A program made the position numbers and the translations under genes. From positions 12,214,001-12,278,000 of the forward strand of contig CP158635.1 of the NCBI GenBank assembly GCA_050273025.1: DNA of 64,000 nucleotides. The letters are read 5' to 3'. Source of the stretch: Cenococcum geophilum. Lineage: Eukaryota. How positions within the stretch are numbered: position 1 is the stretch's first letter; the number at the start of each line of letters is the position of its first letter. Positions 12,746 to 24,977 of the stretch are shown piece after piece. The notes beneath the pieces are model-generated. The model searched no databases. It saw only the letters and a list, made by a program, of their open reading frames with translations, and was not told the DNA's origin.

Positions 12746-15700
12746 AATAAGCAATAATATTAACTAAATTAATTAAACGGATATTATACCTCTAGTAAAC
12801 GACTTAAAGATATTTTAAATCTTTAAGGACAAAGATAAAGAGGAGGGAGATAGTGTTACGGACGCTTTAAGTATAATATTATAACTACTAGGAGAGGAGT
12901 TAGAAAAAGCTAGTTAGTTAATTTAGGCATAATTTAGAATAAAGCCGATAGAACTATATAATAAGAAACGGTAATTAAGGTTATATAACGTGCTATATAT
13001 TAAATAAGAGGAATAAGAGAAACTTACGTACCTTATATATAAGACGTACATCACGTATAAGAAGGATTTCTTAGGAGTACGGTTATATATTTAAGGACCC
13101 TTAGTCCCTACCTAAATAGTTCCTTCCTTATAATAATTCTTAGAATATAATTAGAGTTAATCTATTAGGCAACCACTCTACCAGTTATTATTATTTGTTA
13201 ACTTTAACTTACATTACCTACACACCTAGCTTATTAATAAACCTATTATAGTTCCTGCTATAAGGTTCCGTTATAATTATAATAGTCTAATATATCCTTT
13301 TCGTAGATTTTCCTAGATAAACTCTTTTAATACACTACCTTTTTCTTCGGTAAGCTTATAGATTGGAAAGAACCTTAGACTTATTCCTAGTTCTAATTCT
13401 ATCTTATAGTCCTATGCTATATACTCTAATAGCTTTTTATTTTCTAATAACTATAGTTTCTTACTATACTTATAGTATCTTTTTGGTATATAACTTAAGC
13501 CTTACTTAGTTTCCTTATATATCACTTTAACTTAGTACTATACCAACTTAGCTTATTATTATATTTTGCGGCATTAAGTATCTCTAATATTGACCTGACC
13601 TATAACCTAATTAATCTTTAGATTATATTCCTATAACTAAGGCATTCTTAGTACTACCTTATTATTCCCTAATAGTAATATATTAAAAGACATCTTAATT
13701 TATCTCCCTTTAATAGTTAACTAAATAGGTCCTGTTTTAAGATTAATAATCCCTCCTCTATAGGTTATTAGATCTCCTAAAATTGTCACTAATAGGTAAG
13801 GCTCCTCCTTTTACCTATAAGGTAGTCCTATTCTCTTAACTACTATTAGTAAGATATAGTTCCTTATTGCTCTACTATCTATTAACACCTTAAACTATTA
13901 ATCTTACTATTTAACTTATAAATTTAGGTATTATCCTTAAATTCCTTTAAGGGTCTAAGGCTCTATTACTAGCTTCCTCTACTTTTCCTAACTATTAGCT
14001 ACTTAATCCTATTTACGCTTAGTCCAACTTAGGCTAATACTTAGTTTACTTTTTGTCTTTAATATACTATAGATATATATTTTCTAGGCATTCCCACTAC
14101 TATTATTTATTTAGGTATTCTTCTGTAAAGAATCTTTCTAGCTAAAGTATTAAGTCTTCTAACTTCTAGACTTCTACTAGATGCCAGTTATATATATACT
14201 TAACGTTCCGGTATTTCTGCTCCTTAGTTATCTAATATATTCTTATAGGATATTTTTAATACTTATCCTTTAGTGCTATGTATATATTATATATATTATC
14301 TATATATACAATCCACGTTAACATATAATATGCTAGGTGCTTTAGGTTAACTCTTAGCTTATCTTTATCCTTAAGTTTAAACCTCTCTCGTATTAATCTA
14401 AACGTTACAACTTTATTTACAGGTACTAAGATACGCCTCTTGCTTCTCCAGTCCTCTAATTATTTCTTTAGATCTCTTAATATTATAATTAAGGCTCCCT
14501 TAATATAACTTATTGCTTTCTCTATAATTAGGTAATTTTAAATAACTTTCTCATCTAACTATATATAGAAATCTTCCTACTTATTGTTGTGCCTTTGCCT
14601 ATACTACTTTTAGTACAGCTGCTAGAGTGTATACGGCTCGTCCGTAAGAAAGTATCTTCTTATTACTATATTATAATAGCCCTTTATATATCGTTCCTTA
14701 AACCTAATTAAAATCCCTAAATTCTCTTCTTATTCTAGTTTAGTAAGCCACTTAACTCTTAATATGCCTACCCTAGGCTTATTAGTGATTCTTTATATAG
14801 GTACTCTATCCTTAGTACGTCCTAATATACTAGATCTCTTATCTAGTTTCTGTTCTTACTATAAGGTAATTCTTACTTAAAACTCCTCTATAGTTTCTTT
14901 CCTTTTACGTCTTATAAGTAGATCCTTAAAGTCTTCTTACTTTTTAATCTTAGTATTAGTCTTCCGATCTTTAGTCTAAACGCTATATTCTACTAGTAAG
15001 TCCTCTAGGTCTATATATCTGTCTCCTAGTCTAGTTACTATTTATACTATAGATTCTCTAATCTATTTAATAGTCCTTATTTATTACTTAAAATCTTAGT
15101 TCTATAGGATTCTTAATCCTAAGCTTGCTTCTAACTTAAGCTTTACTCCAGCCTTAGTCTATTTAGGCTTGCTTAGTGTTCTTATCTTATCTTAAGAGTC
15201 TTAAATCTCACTCATCTTACTTTAAAAGTCTTGTACCTATAGGAAACTCTATCCCAAGCTTATTTATACGTCTTTAAACTAAGCTACTGCCCTACTCTAT
15301 CAGTTTCTGTCTATTATAGGTCCTTAGGTCTACCTTATTTCATCTTAAGAATCTTAAGCCTTTAGCTTCTTGCCTTTATTAAGTGCCAAAATAATTTATT
15401 ATCCTACTTCTCTTACGTCTTATAAAGCAATAGACATTATATCTAGTGGGGTCTTAATCCCTACTAATGTTTCCTGTTCTATAGTAGAATTATTCTCTAC
15501 CTCTTTTATAATATCTTTAAGGTCTATATACTCCTAGTAAGCCGCCTTTATTACCTTATTATTACGGAATATTTCGCCTATTTTAAAGTTATTGTCCTTA
15601 ATATCTAATCTGCGAACTGGTTTATTAGTTCCTCTATACTATATAGATTTTAGCTCCTATAGCTAATAGCTTACGCCGTACTTGGCGTCCTTATAAATTC

Positions 15701-16937
15701 GGTATACGTTGTTATAATAGAACGCGAAACTTCTAATTAAATATTCTTTTATTCCTCGCAGCATACTATCGTCCCTCTATACGTATATATCTTCTACTAC
15801 TATTAGTCTTATTCCCTTTATTATATAGTAACTCTAACTATCTTTATAATCCCTCGCAAAATAACCTTATTTCCCGTAATTTATATAAGCTCCATTTTTA
15901 AACCATTAACTTTGCTATAGAGTCCGCCTAAATATCTTCTGCTACTAAGATCCCTAGTTTAACCTCTACTCTTTAGTTCTATAATTACTAGATTCTTAAT
16001 TTTTAGGTTTCTATAGTTTCTTACTCTATCTCTTATAGGCTTCTTTAGTACCACTTAGGTCTATTAGCTTTGCGCCGTACCATAGTTTCTAACTTAGCTT
16101 TAGTTATTGCGTACTTTACACCTTATATAACTATAAAACTCTATCCTAACCTCTCTTAACCTGTTCCCTTTGGTAGATCTAATTATTAATCTTAATTGCT
16201 TAATCTATTAGTTCCCTTAGGGTGTCCGCATCTTCTATTAGGATAATTACGTCCTAGACTTTAGCCTTAAGTCCTTGCTTATACTATGCCATAAGTACCC
16301 TATTATTCTACTTTATTTATATTGCTAGTGTCTAGAACTATATTATATACTTAATTGCTAAAGTTCATTGCATAAGGTTCTAGAGTTTTCTTTCCGCTAT
16401 AGTTATTTCTTCTAGATCTCTAAATATCTGCGTAAGTTATTCTATAAATCCTTCCTAACTTAAGAATATAAATCGCACGTCCTAATTGGTAGTTATTATT
16501 CCATTTGCCTATATCTCCGTAAGATAAGGTTTAAACCACTTAAGTGCTTTTCCTAATAAGAATAGTCCTGTGTAGGCTATTCGATCCATAGGTATTAGTA
16601 GTTTTACTCCTTCTTATAAGACCTTAAAATGCATCTACATAAGGAATCCTTTAAGCTTTAATCTCTCTCCTAAGAATCTTTTAATCAATAGTAGCTTAAT
16701 CTTTACCGCTCCTATCCTATTAAGTCTTTCTTCCAACACTGCATTATTTGCTATTAACTAGTTAACTATCTCTTATAGCTATCCGACCGTTATAGGTTGC
16801 TATAAGTTAGTACCTGCTATACTAGTGTCGTTTTCTAATCTTAAAGTAGTTACTGCCGTCGATAGCGTTATAGTGGCTACTTTTGGTGGCATATTATTCG
16901 ACTTTTTATACTTATTACTATAACTAGGTAGTAATTA

Positions 16938-17360
16938 TATAATAGAACCTTATAGCAGAAACTACAATGGGCTTATTATTGGGCTAGGTATATAGGTAAA
17001 GCAAGTTAAAGTTAACAATATAATAATAACTGGTGGAGTGGTTGCCTAATAGATTAACTCTAATTATATTCTAAGAATCACTATAAGAAAGGAACTATCT
17101 AGGTAGGGACTAAGGGTCCTTAAATACATAACCGTACTCCTAAGAAATCCTTCTTATATATGATGTACGTCTTATACGTAAGGTATATAAGTTCCTCTTA
17201 TTCCTCTTATTTAATACGTAGCATATTATATAACCTCGGTTACCATTCCTCGTTATATAGTTCTATCGGCTCCATTCTGGACCGTGCCTAAATCAACTAA
17301 CTAGCTTCTTTCGACTTCCCTCCTAGTAGTCGTAACATTATACTTAAAGCGTCCGTAATA
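16938..17360 (-). repeat. 5' LTR of element A
   Basis: TATAATAGAACC...GTCCGTAATA; differs from 1562-1984 mostly by C/T and G/A transitions. Confidence 0.95.
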
Positions 17361-17765
17361 GCTGCCAAGCAATATATAGACGCTAGTATATATTTTAATT
17401 ATATATAGCTAAAATAGGTTTATAACTAGTTATAAATATATTTTAAACGTATTAGAAACATATTTTAAATATATTAGAAAAAACTTATTATTTACCTTTA
17501 TAGGATTTTTGTTTTAAATAGGCTTTATAAATAGCTTAAACTATTAAAACTACTATAAAATAGGCTATAAATAGCTTATATAGCTCTTTAAGGTAATAAT
17601 TATTATATTAAAAAAAATTATAATAGATTTAAGATATATATATAAGAAAAGATAAAGTAAAAGGTAAGGTCAAATTAAGAGAGGCAGGGTGGGGTTTGGT
17701 GTGGTAGGCGGAGGTTTCGCCTATCGGGCCGACATTTTAGCGTGGTCGCGCCGACCTGTACGCAC
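17361..17765 (-). mobile_element. Possible terminal fragment of a DNA transposon (MULE-like end), unassigned
   Basis: GC-rich end (minus strand GTGCGTACAGGTCGGCGCGACC...CCCCACCC) grading into AT-rich DNA. It abuts the gag-only element where that element's 3' LTR should be. No partner TIR seen. Confidence 0.25.
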
Positions 17766-19168
17766 ACATCACCCCCCCTTTTGAAGAAGCCTGCCCTCAG
17801 GCTTTGATATATTAAATTTCACCCCTTTATAACCGACCAATCTCCTCATCTATATCCAAATCTGATTCCAATTGTTACTTGCGGAGGGTTACTATATCAA
17901 TCTGTTTTCTATATAGCTGTAATAAACAGTCTGCAACCCAGTGGTCATGTGCTCCACACCGTATACATCGTCCTTCCAATCTACATTGTTCTCGGTAAGC
18001 TGGTGACATTAATCGAGCGCGGGGCCCCGTGGGGGGGGTAGTGGATCGTGGGGTAGATCGAGGACTAGTAGATCGTAGGGTAGATCGAGGACTAGGGATA
18101 CTAATTACATTAATTCCAATAGCACCGATATCCATAGGCTCCGATCCACGGTGGTAGTTGCCATTGCTCGAAGGTTGTACTGTAGAATAAAAAGACGAAC
18201 GGCCAGCTAGTTATTGTACGGTTCGAACAAAATCGGAATATTTTTACGGTAGGTTAAGCTGCTGGTTAAGCCTGCTGCGGATAGTAGAGCTCAGCCCGTT
18301 CCTGAATATTGATATCTTATTAATGTCTGGCCAATCCTGCCCACATGCCTCGTACAAAACGCGTTCGAATTTTGATATATAGGTCGGTACTGAGTCGTTG
18401 CCTTAACGTAGGGACAGCAGCCTATCTTCTGCCTCTTAAACCTTGTTCGGATTATCATAGACGCGCGTCAGCTGGTCTAGAATCGAATTGTAATCCTATA
18501 TATTTGACTTCTCTGCCTGCCCGAGCTGGGGGAGAACCATTGCCTGTACGCTGCTCTCGAGGTTTAAGAATACGTAGTAGAACTGCGCAACTGTATCGCC
18601 AATAGCCGTACCATCAACCCGTAGCTTTGCCTTAATCGATGGCAGCCAAGTATCAAATTTATAAGAATGTCCGTTGAACTTTTCTGGATCAAGAAGGGAA
18701 GGTTTCGGTCGGGAGGGGGTAGTCAAAATAAAAGAACGTAAAAACTGGATCTCTGCTTGCAGGTGCGCGATCTAGTTTTGTAAGCTTTCAAAAGCCTGCT
18801 GCGGATCCATTGTAAAAGAAGGTAAGATAAGTAAAAAGATACACGAGCCTGAGTAACCTAAGACCTAAGAACCTGGGAGAAGCTATAGGGTGTCGCTATC
18901 GCACGCATGCACGATCCTATGCAGAAACCAGAGACCTGAGATACCGCAGCCTGTGTATGACTAGGGACCTTGATATAATGTGACGGCTCGAACCATTAAA
19001 CAAATGTCTTGACGTAGACTTAAACAAATGCTTGCAAGATGAAGCGAACGAATGCTGTATTACAAAGATATCAAGGTAAGGAGCAGAAGGTGGTGAGGCC
19101 ACGTCTAAATACACAAGCCAAGCCTTAAGCGAACCCCTGACTAGGTGACGCGCCCCAGCGCCGTTACA
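17766..19168 (-). mobile_element. Small gag-only non-autonomous LTR retroelement with its 3' LTR missing
   Basis: 5' LTR 18979-19168 (TGTGACGGC...GCCGTTACA); priming site 18967-18976; single gag; PPT AAAAGGGGGGGTGA (minus strand, 17769-17782) followed by only TGT of the expected LTR. No pol. Confidence 0.85.
17875..18810 (-). pseudogene. gag: Retrotransposon Gag (311 codons, six internal TAA/TAG stops)
   Basis: MDPQQAFESLQ...RPKPSLLDPEKFNG...YDNPNK...EPMDIG...CIRCGAHDHWVADC. The track ORFs 18496-18726 and 17875-18135 are two pieces of this one frame. Confidence 0.9.
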
Positions 19169-20463
19169 ACTTAGATCTATTAGCTCTGCGCTATACTATA
19201 GTTTCTAACCTTAACTTTATTATTATATACCCTGCGCCTTATATAACTATAGAACTCTATCCTAACCCTTCTTAATCTGCTCTCTTTAGTAGATCCTATT
19301 ATTAATCTTAATTACTTAATTAATTAAATCCCTAAGAGTATCCGTATCTTCTATTAGGATAATTATATCCTAAACTTTTACCTTAAGTCTTTGCTTATGC
19401 TGTGCTATAAGCGCCTTATTATTCTATTTAACTTATATTATTAATATTTAAAACTGCGTTATATACTTAATTACTAAAGTCCTTTATACTAGGTTTTAAA
19501 GCTTTCTTTCTACCATAGTAGTTGCCTCTAGGTCTCTAAATATTTGCGTTAATTATTCCGCGAACCCGTTTTAACTTAAGAATATATATTATACCTCCTA
19601 GTTGGTGGTTGTTATACCATACTCTTATACCTCCGTAAGGTAAGGCTTAAACTACTTAAGTGCCCTTTCTGTTAAAAACAATCTTATGTAAGCGACTTAA
19701 TCCATAGGCGTTTCTAGTTTAACTCCTTCCTATATAACCTTAAAGTGCATTTATATAAGAAATCCCTTAAGTTTTAACTTCTCCCCTAAGAATCGCTTAA
19801 TTAAGGGTAACTTAACCTTTACTGCTCCGATTCCATTAATCCTTTCTTTAAATATCCTATTATTATCTGTTAATTAATTAACTATTTCCTATAGCTATTT
19901 AATAGTAACTAGTTGCGAGTTAGTATCTGCTATACTAGTGTCATTACCTAATCCTAAGGTAGTCGCCGCTGTTAACGCCGTTATAGCTGCTGCTTTTAGT
20001 AGCATATTATTTAACTTTTTTTACTATAACCTTGGTAGTAAATATATAACGAAGCCTTATAGGAAATACTACGGTAGACTTATTAATGGGCTGGGTATAT
20101 AGGTATAGAATAGTTAACAACATAAATATAACTGGTGGAGTAGTTACCTAATAAATTAACTTTAATTATATTCTAAGATTTACTATAAAGAAGAAAAACT
20201 ATCTATAGAGACCGTATGTCCTTAAATATATAACTCCTCCTTATAGTAAAGGGTTTAGTACATCGGTACGTCAGTACGTCAGTACGTCGCGTTCCCACGT
20301 TCCTATGTTCCCACGTTCTAAACTTGTAACGTAACTGGTCACGTAACTTAGCTACCTCTTATCCCATAGCTCGATCGGTTCCAGCGCCTCCTATACTATC
20401 TCAACTAACCCGTTTATATCTCTTCTTAGTAGTCGTACTACTGCTAATATAAGGTCCGTAACA
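19169..20463 (-). mobile_element. Truncated family-1-related gypsy (subfamily 1b): 5' LTR plus the first part of gag
   Basis: LTR 20045-20463; gag ATG at 20005; 19169-20005 aligns by eye with 16055-16892 of A; cut off by the gag-only element. Confidence 0.85.
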
Positions 20464-20526
20464 ATAGGCCCGTAGGGCCGCTACTCTATATAGATATGGC
20501 AAAATTGGGGGTTTTTATCCTATTAA

Positions 20527-20948
20527 TGTAACGAAGCCTTATAGCAGGAACTACGGTAGACTTATTAATAGGCTGGGTATATAGGTAAATAAGAAGTTAA
20601 TAACGTAATAATAACTAGTAGAGTGGTTGCCTAATAGATTAACTCCAATTATATTCTAAGATTTACTACAGAAAAGAGAAACTATCTAGGTAGGGACTAT
20701 AGTCCTTTAAATACACAATACTGCGCCTAAGAAATACTGAGTACGTAAGGTACGTAAGGTACGTAAGATATATAGACAGATCTTACAGATCTTATAGATT
20801 AATAGATCTCCTCTTATAACTTATTATATAACTTAGCTACCCCTTATCCCATAATTCTACTAGTTCCAGTACCTCCCATACTTCCACTACTAGTCTATTT
20901 ATATCTCTCCTTAGTAGTTCTACTACTGCCAATATAAGGTCTGTAACA
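20527..20948 (-). repeat. Solo LTR, family 1-related
   Basis: TGTAACGAAGCC...GTCTGTAACA with TSD ATTAA/ATTGA. Confidence 0.9.
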
Positions 20949-21364
20949 ATTGAGGTAGCTTATAGGGTTTTTCCTTCCCTAACTATAGGGGTTTTCTTCT
21001 TATAAATATATAAGTTTTCCCCCCTATAATAGAAATAGTCTGCGTAGGCCATAGGGATCCGTATTAGATATTAAGCAAAAAGTAAATAATAATAATACTT
21101 TTAAACTTAAACTTAAGTCTATTAAATAGGTATTCTAGCTTTATATTAACCTATATTAAATAACTTTACAATTTAAATAAAAATAAAACTAAGAAAATAA
21201 GCTAGTATTCTAATAAATAGTTTTAACTTTAGGTAAGATTTAAACTTTAAATAAACCTTTATCCTATAATACCTTTCTCTACTATATTTAGTAACTAGAC
21301 TTTATAGTTAAAATAATATAAATCTTTAATCCCTATAATATTTAGTAAGGAGTAGGTAAGATAG

Positions 21365-22440
21365 TATTACGGAGTTAATAAAGCAGTTTATAAATAAGCT
21401 TAATTGCTAGCTATTGACCGTACTAAGTACATTAACGCGTGATAGTTTAAGACGTTTAATACAGAACAGGAACAGGTTAGGAAACGTGGTTGAAGATATA
21501 GGGGTAGTAGTGGTACGTGCGTAGGTATTACAGGACGAACGTACGCGGGTGACTCCCGTGACAGTACCCCCCTCTTAAACTTAAGCTCCTGCGAGACGGG
21601 TGCGTATACGGAAAGAAAAGACAGGAAAGGAAAGGGGAGGGTAGGTAGGTAAAAGCTAAAGCTATATCAGCCTTGCTCCGACGCCTCTACGTCCTCCGCC
21701 TACGTGGCTTCGCCAGTTTGGGCCTCCTTACTTAATCGTTAAGCCACTGGCTCATTTAGCCCGAAGCATAGCCCTAGCCTCTGTCGCCAGCTTCGCTACA
21801 GTCCTCGCTGCTAGGAGACGCTATATACTAGAGCTTGTACGGTCCCCTTGCTCGCTCTTAGCAGCTCTATGGCTTCCTATCATCCATACTAGGTCCCCTA
21901 AAAAATTATTCCAAAAATCCGTTATTTTCGGTCCAAAATACGGTCCAAAACGGGCGTTCTTAGCGGTATTTGTTGACTTATATGGCAGTAAGGTGCCAGC
22001 TTCCATGTTCGTGTTCGTCATGTAGTAGGATGTGAGCCATCAGGTCAAACCGAAGGGCAGTAATATGCTAGTAGGTACCCTTCCTATCGTATATGGCAGA
22101 CAACGGTACCAATATTGCTTCCAGCCTCGCAGCTAGCGGTAGTCTTGCTACCCGCTATACAGTCATTATAATGCGGCCGTAGCACTGCGGCCCGCGACCG
22201 GTCTAGCAATATAATACTGGTAGGTAGGGGATTAAACGTAGTGTTATGGAGTTGACAAAGCAGTTTACAAATAAGCTTAATTGCTAGCTATTAACCGTGC
22301 TAAGTACATTAACGCGTAATGGTTTAAGACGTTTAATACAGAACAGGAACAGGTTAGGAAACGTGGTTAAAGATATAGGGGTAGTAGTGGTACGTGCGTA
22401 GGTGTTACGGGACGAACGTGCGCGGGTGACTCCCGTGACA
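21365..22440 (-). mobile_element. TRIM-like miniature LTR element (1076 bp)
   Basis: 199-bp LTRs at 21365-21563 and 22242-22440. Perfect TSD GATAG. PPT (minus strand AAGAGGGGGGTAC) next to 21564. The 678-bp interior has no recognisable gag or pol motif. Confidence 0.92.
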
Positions 22441-22548
22441 GATAGTTAATATAATAATAACCTAAGCTTAATTATAATAGGTTATAGATTATATAAATAC
22501 TAAGATCTTTTAGGCTTATATTAATAAGTGGATTTAATATAATATATA

Positions 22549-22777
22549 ACGTAGGTAACGGGGTTATAACCGCTCCCTAGGTTATAACCGCGCTAGCGTA
22601 CCGCCTGCTATTTTAAGTAAAGTTTTGTTATTCTGCCAAAATTAAAGTAACACATACATTTAAAAGGCGGTGTGTCGTGCTAAGGCTTACCTAGGCGTGA
22701 TAGATATAACTTAGGTAAAGTTTTAATGTTCAAAACGGTTATAACCTAAGGAGCGGTCATAACCCCATTACCTACGT
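22549..22777. mobile_element. Fot1/pogo-type (Tc1-mariner) MITE, 229 bp
   Basis: About 42-bp TIRs (ACGTAGGTAACGGGGTTATAACCGCTCC... / ...GGAGCGGTCATAACCCCATTACCTACGT), TA on both flanks, doubled GGTTATAACCG motif inside each TIR. Confidence 0.9.
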
Positions 22778-23615
22778 TAAGCTATTTTTTTAAACACCCT
22801 TTTACTAACGCAATTTTCAAGTCCCTAACTTATATTAATTGGGATATTAACCTATAGGTTTCCTAAGCTGTTATATATTTAATAAATAATTCTTTTAAGG
22901 CTTACCTACTTGTTATAGAACTTTACTAGTAGTATAATACTTTGTCTAAAGTAATTAAAGAACAATATAGAACTTTAAAATTATATAAGTAGTTAGGAGT
23001 AAAAAGTATAAATTATATATAAGCTATATTAGATTTTAAAAAATATAAAAAGACTTTAAAAAACAAAAATAAAAGGAAATATAGTTTAATATTTTTTAAT
23101 ATAATTAAGACTAAAGATTTAAGATAATAACTTACCCTATTAGCTATTGGTTTAAATAATAAAGAGTAAAAACTAAAACTAGTAAAGTATAATTTAGAAC
23201 AAAAATATATTATTAAACTTTTATATTAATACTGTTCTAAACTTATAGTATAAAAGAAGCTTTAATATTAAATTAATATAATTAAGGCTTTACTTAATTT
23301 ATACTAGGTACTAAAACCTATAGTTAGGCATATAGTTATTTATAATTGTAATTAGGTTATTTTTTATCCTTTAGAGCTAAATTTAAAACTAGGCCCTATA
23401 AAGATTATAAATTAATAGTATTTCTTCTATACTGATAAAATAGGGGTATATACCCTTTTTCATTGCCTATATAAAATAAAAAAATAGATTAAAAAGTAAT
23501 TTTTTTTTCTTTAAATAGAATAAATTAATCCTATATCCAAACCTATATTATTACTTATTAGGAATAATACTCTATAGGTATAAGTATTTTAAAAACTATA
23601 TATTTATAATATATA

Positions 23616-24034
23616 TATTACGGACCTTATATTAGTAGTAGTGCGACTACTAAGAAGAGATATAAATAGGTTGGTTAAGATAGTATAGGAGGCGCTGGAA
23701 CCGATCGGGCTATAGGATAAGGGGTAGCCGAGTTACATGACGAGTTATAAGGAACTTAGTACGTAAGTATATAAGTAAATAGGAATGCCAGACGTATTAA
23801 TATACTAACGTATTGACGTACCTAACGAATCTCTTAGGAGTTAGGATATGTATTTAAAGGACTACAGTCCCTACTATAAATAGTTCTCTTCTTTATAGTA
23901 AATCTTAGAATATAATTAGAGTTAATCTATTAGGCACTTACTCTATAGTTTAGTTGTTAATGATTTATATCTTTACCTATATACCTAGCCTATTTGTAAG
24001 TCTACTATAGTATTTCCTATAAGGCTTTATTATA
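23616..24034 (+). repeat. Solo LTR, family 1-related
   Basis: TATTACGGACC...GGCTTTATTATA, a reverse-complement homologue of 20045-20463; TSD ATATA/ATATA. Confidence 0.88.
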
Positions 24035-24721
24035 ATATAGCGCTTCTCTACTACCTTGTACTTTATAGTTTTTTTATTTTTTTTATAATATTATAGGAGG
24101 TTATATTTGCCCTATTTAGAAATTAGTAAAGGTTAAAAATTTTAAGATCCCCTTTCTAGCTCTCTTATTATTTACTACTAGTATTTTTATATGCCTTTTA
24201 TCTCTTTTAAAAACCCTAAGTTTTACTAGTAATATTAGTAGTTAGGTTAAGTTATAAGTTTTAGTCCTTAACTAAACTAATATAAAAATTACTAAATTAA
24301 GTAAATGCTAAGCCTATATAAGCTAGTAAACCAAATAAAAAATTAACTAGTTAGTTTTTTTTAAATTAAATTAATCTAATTTAACTCGAAGTATAACTAT
24401 TATATAGATAAGTTACTTATAAGAACTCTATCTTATTATAAGAGGCTCTAGAGCCTTACTATATATATAGGTAGGCGGTAAAGAACTATTGGTAATGCCG
24501 ATAGCAATTTGTAACTGTTACTTAATTACCACCTAGTTAATATTGCTACTTAGTCGGTAATATATAAGCTTTACAACCTAGGCTTATAACCTCTTAGTAA
24601 AGGCTTTATAGTATATAGAAGTGCTTATAAATATTATCTAAAGGATTAACTTAATTAATTTTATCCCTAGTTTATAGAGGTCTATATATTATAAAGCTAG
24701 TTAATGCGGATAAGTTATACT

Positions 24722-24977
24722 TGTAAGGCACATTGCTAGGGTATATGGTAGGGAGTAGGTAAGCCGAGCATAAGTCATAAGGAAAGTCGATAGAAGAGGA
24801 CGATATGGTAATGAGGGTAGGTAATAGCCTAAGTATAGAGACGAACCGATAAGGAGGGAAGGGCTGTAAGCCTAAGGTGCTTATAAGGAGGTGCTAAGGG
24901 CTAGCTAAAGGCTAGCCTTGGCGACCCCTAAGAGCCTCTAGGCGATGCAGCCGAGTAAGGGCTAAATAACCCTTACA
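24722..24977. repeat. Solo LTR of an unassigned family (256 bp)
   Basis: TGTAAGG...CCTTACA inverted ends; perfect TSD ATACT. Confidence 0.85.

Larger units (their letters stand above)
5365..13275 (+). mobile_element. Ty3/gypsy chromovirus B (family 1), full length, inserted antisense into the RT of A
   Basis: 422-bp LTRs at 5365-5786 and 12854-13275. Perfect TSD ATTAT (5360-5364 / 13276-13280). PPT AAAGAGGAGGGAGATAG precedes 12854. Confidence 0.95.
1562..17360 (-). mobile_element. Ty3/gypsy chromovirus A (family 1), full length, split by element B
   Basis: 423-bp LTRs at 1562-1984 and 16938-17360. TSD GCTAC (1557-1561) / GCTGC (17361-17365). Polypurine tract next to 1985. Gag ATG at 16892, protease about 13860-13890, RT interrupted at 5364/13276, then RNase H, integrase and chromodomain (about 2720-2870). 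Confidence 0.95.

Noticed and set aside
18891..18978. TGTCGC at 18891 as the LTR boundary of the gag-only element
   Set aside because: Position 18979 gives matching inverted ends and an adjacent self-priming site.
18345..19114. Track ORFs 18345-18605 (+) and 18917-19114 (-)
   Set aside because: The first is antisense to the gag. The second lies mostly within the LTR.
21821..22021. 66-aa ORF in the TRIM interior
   Set aside because: It has no recognisable motif, and a different frame is longer once RIP stops are allowed.
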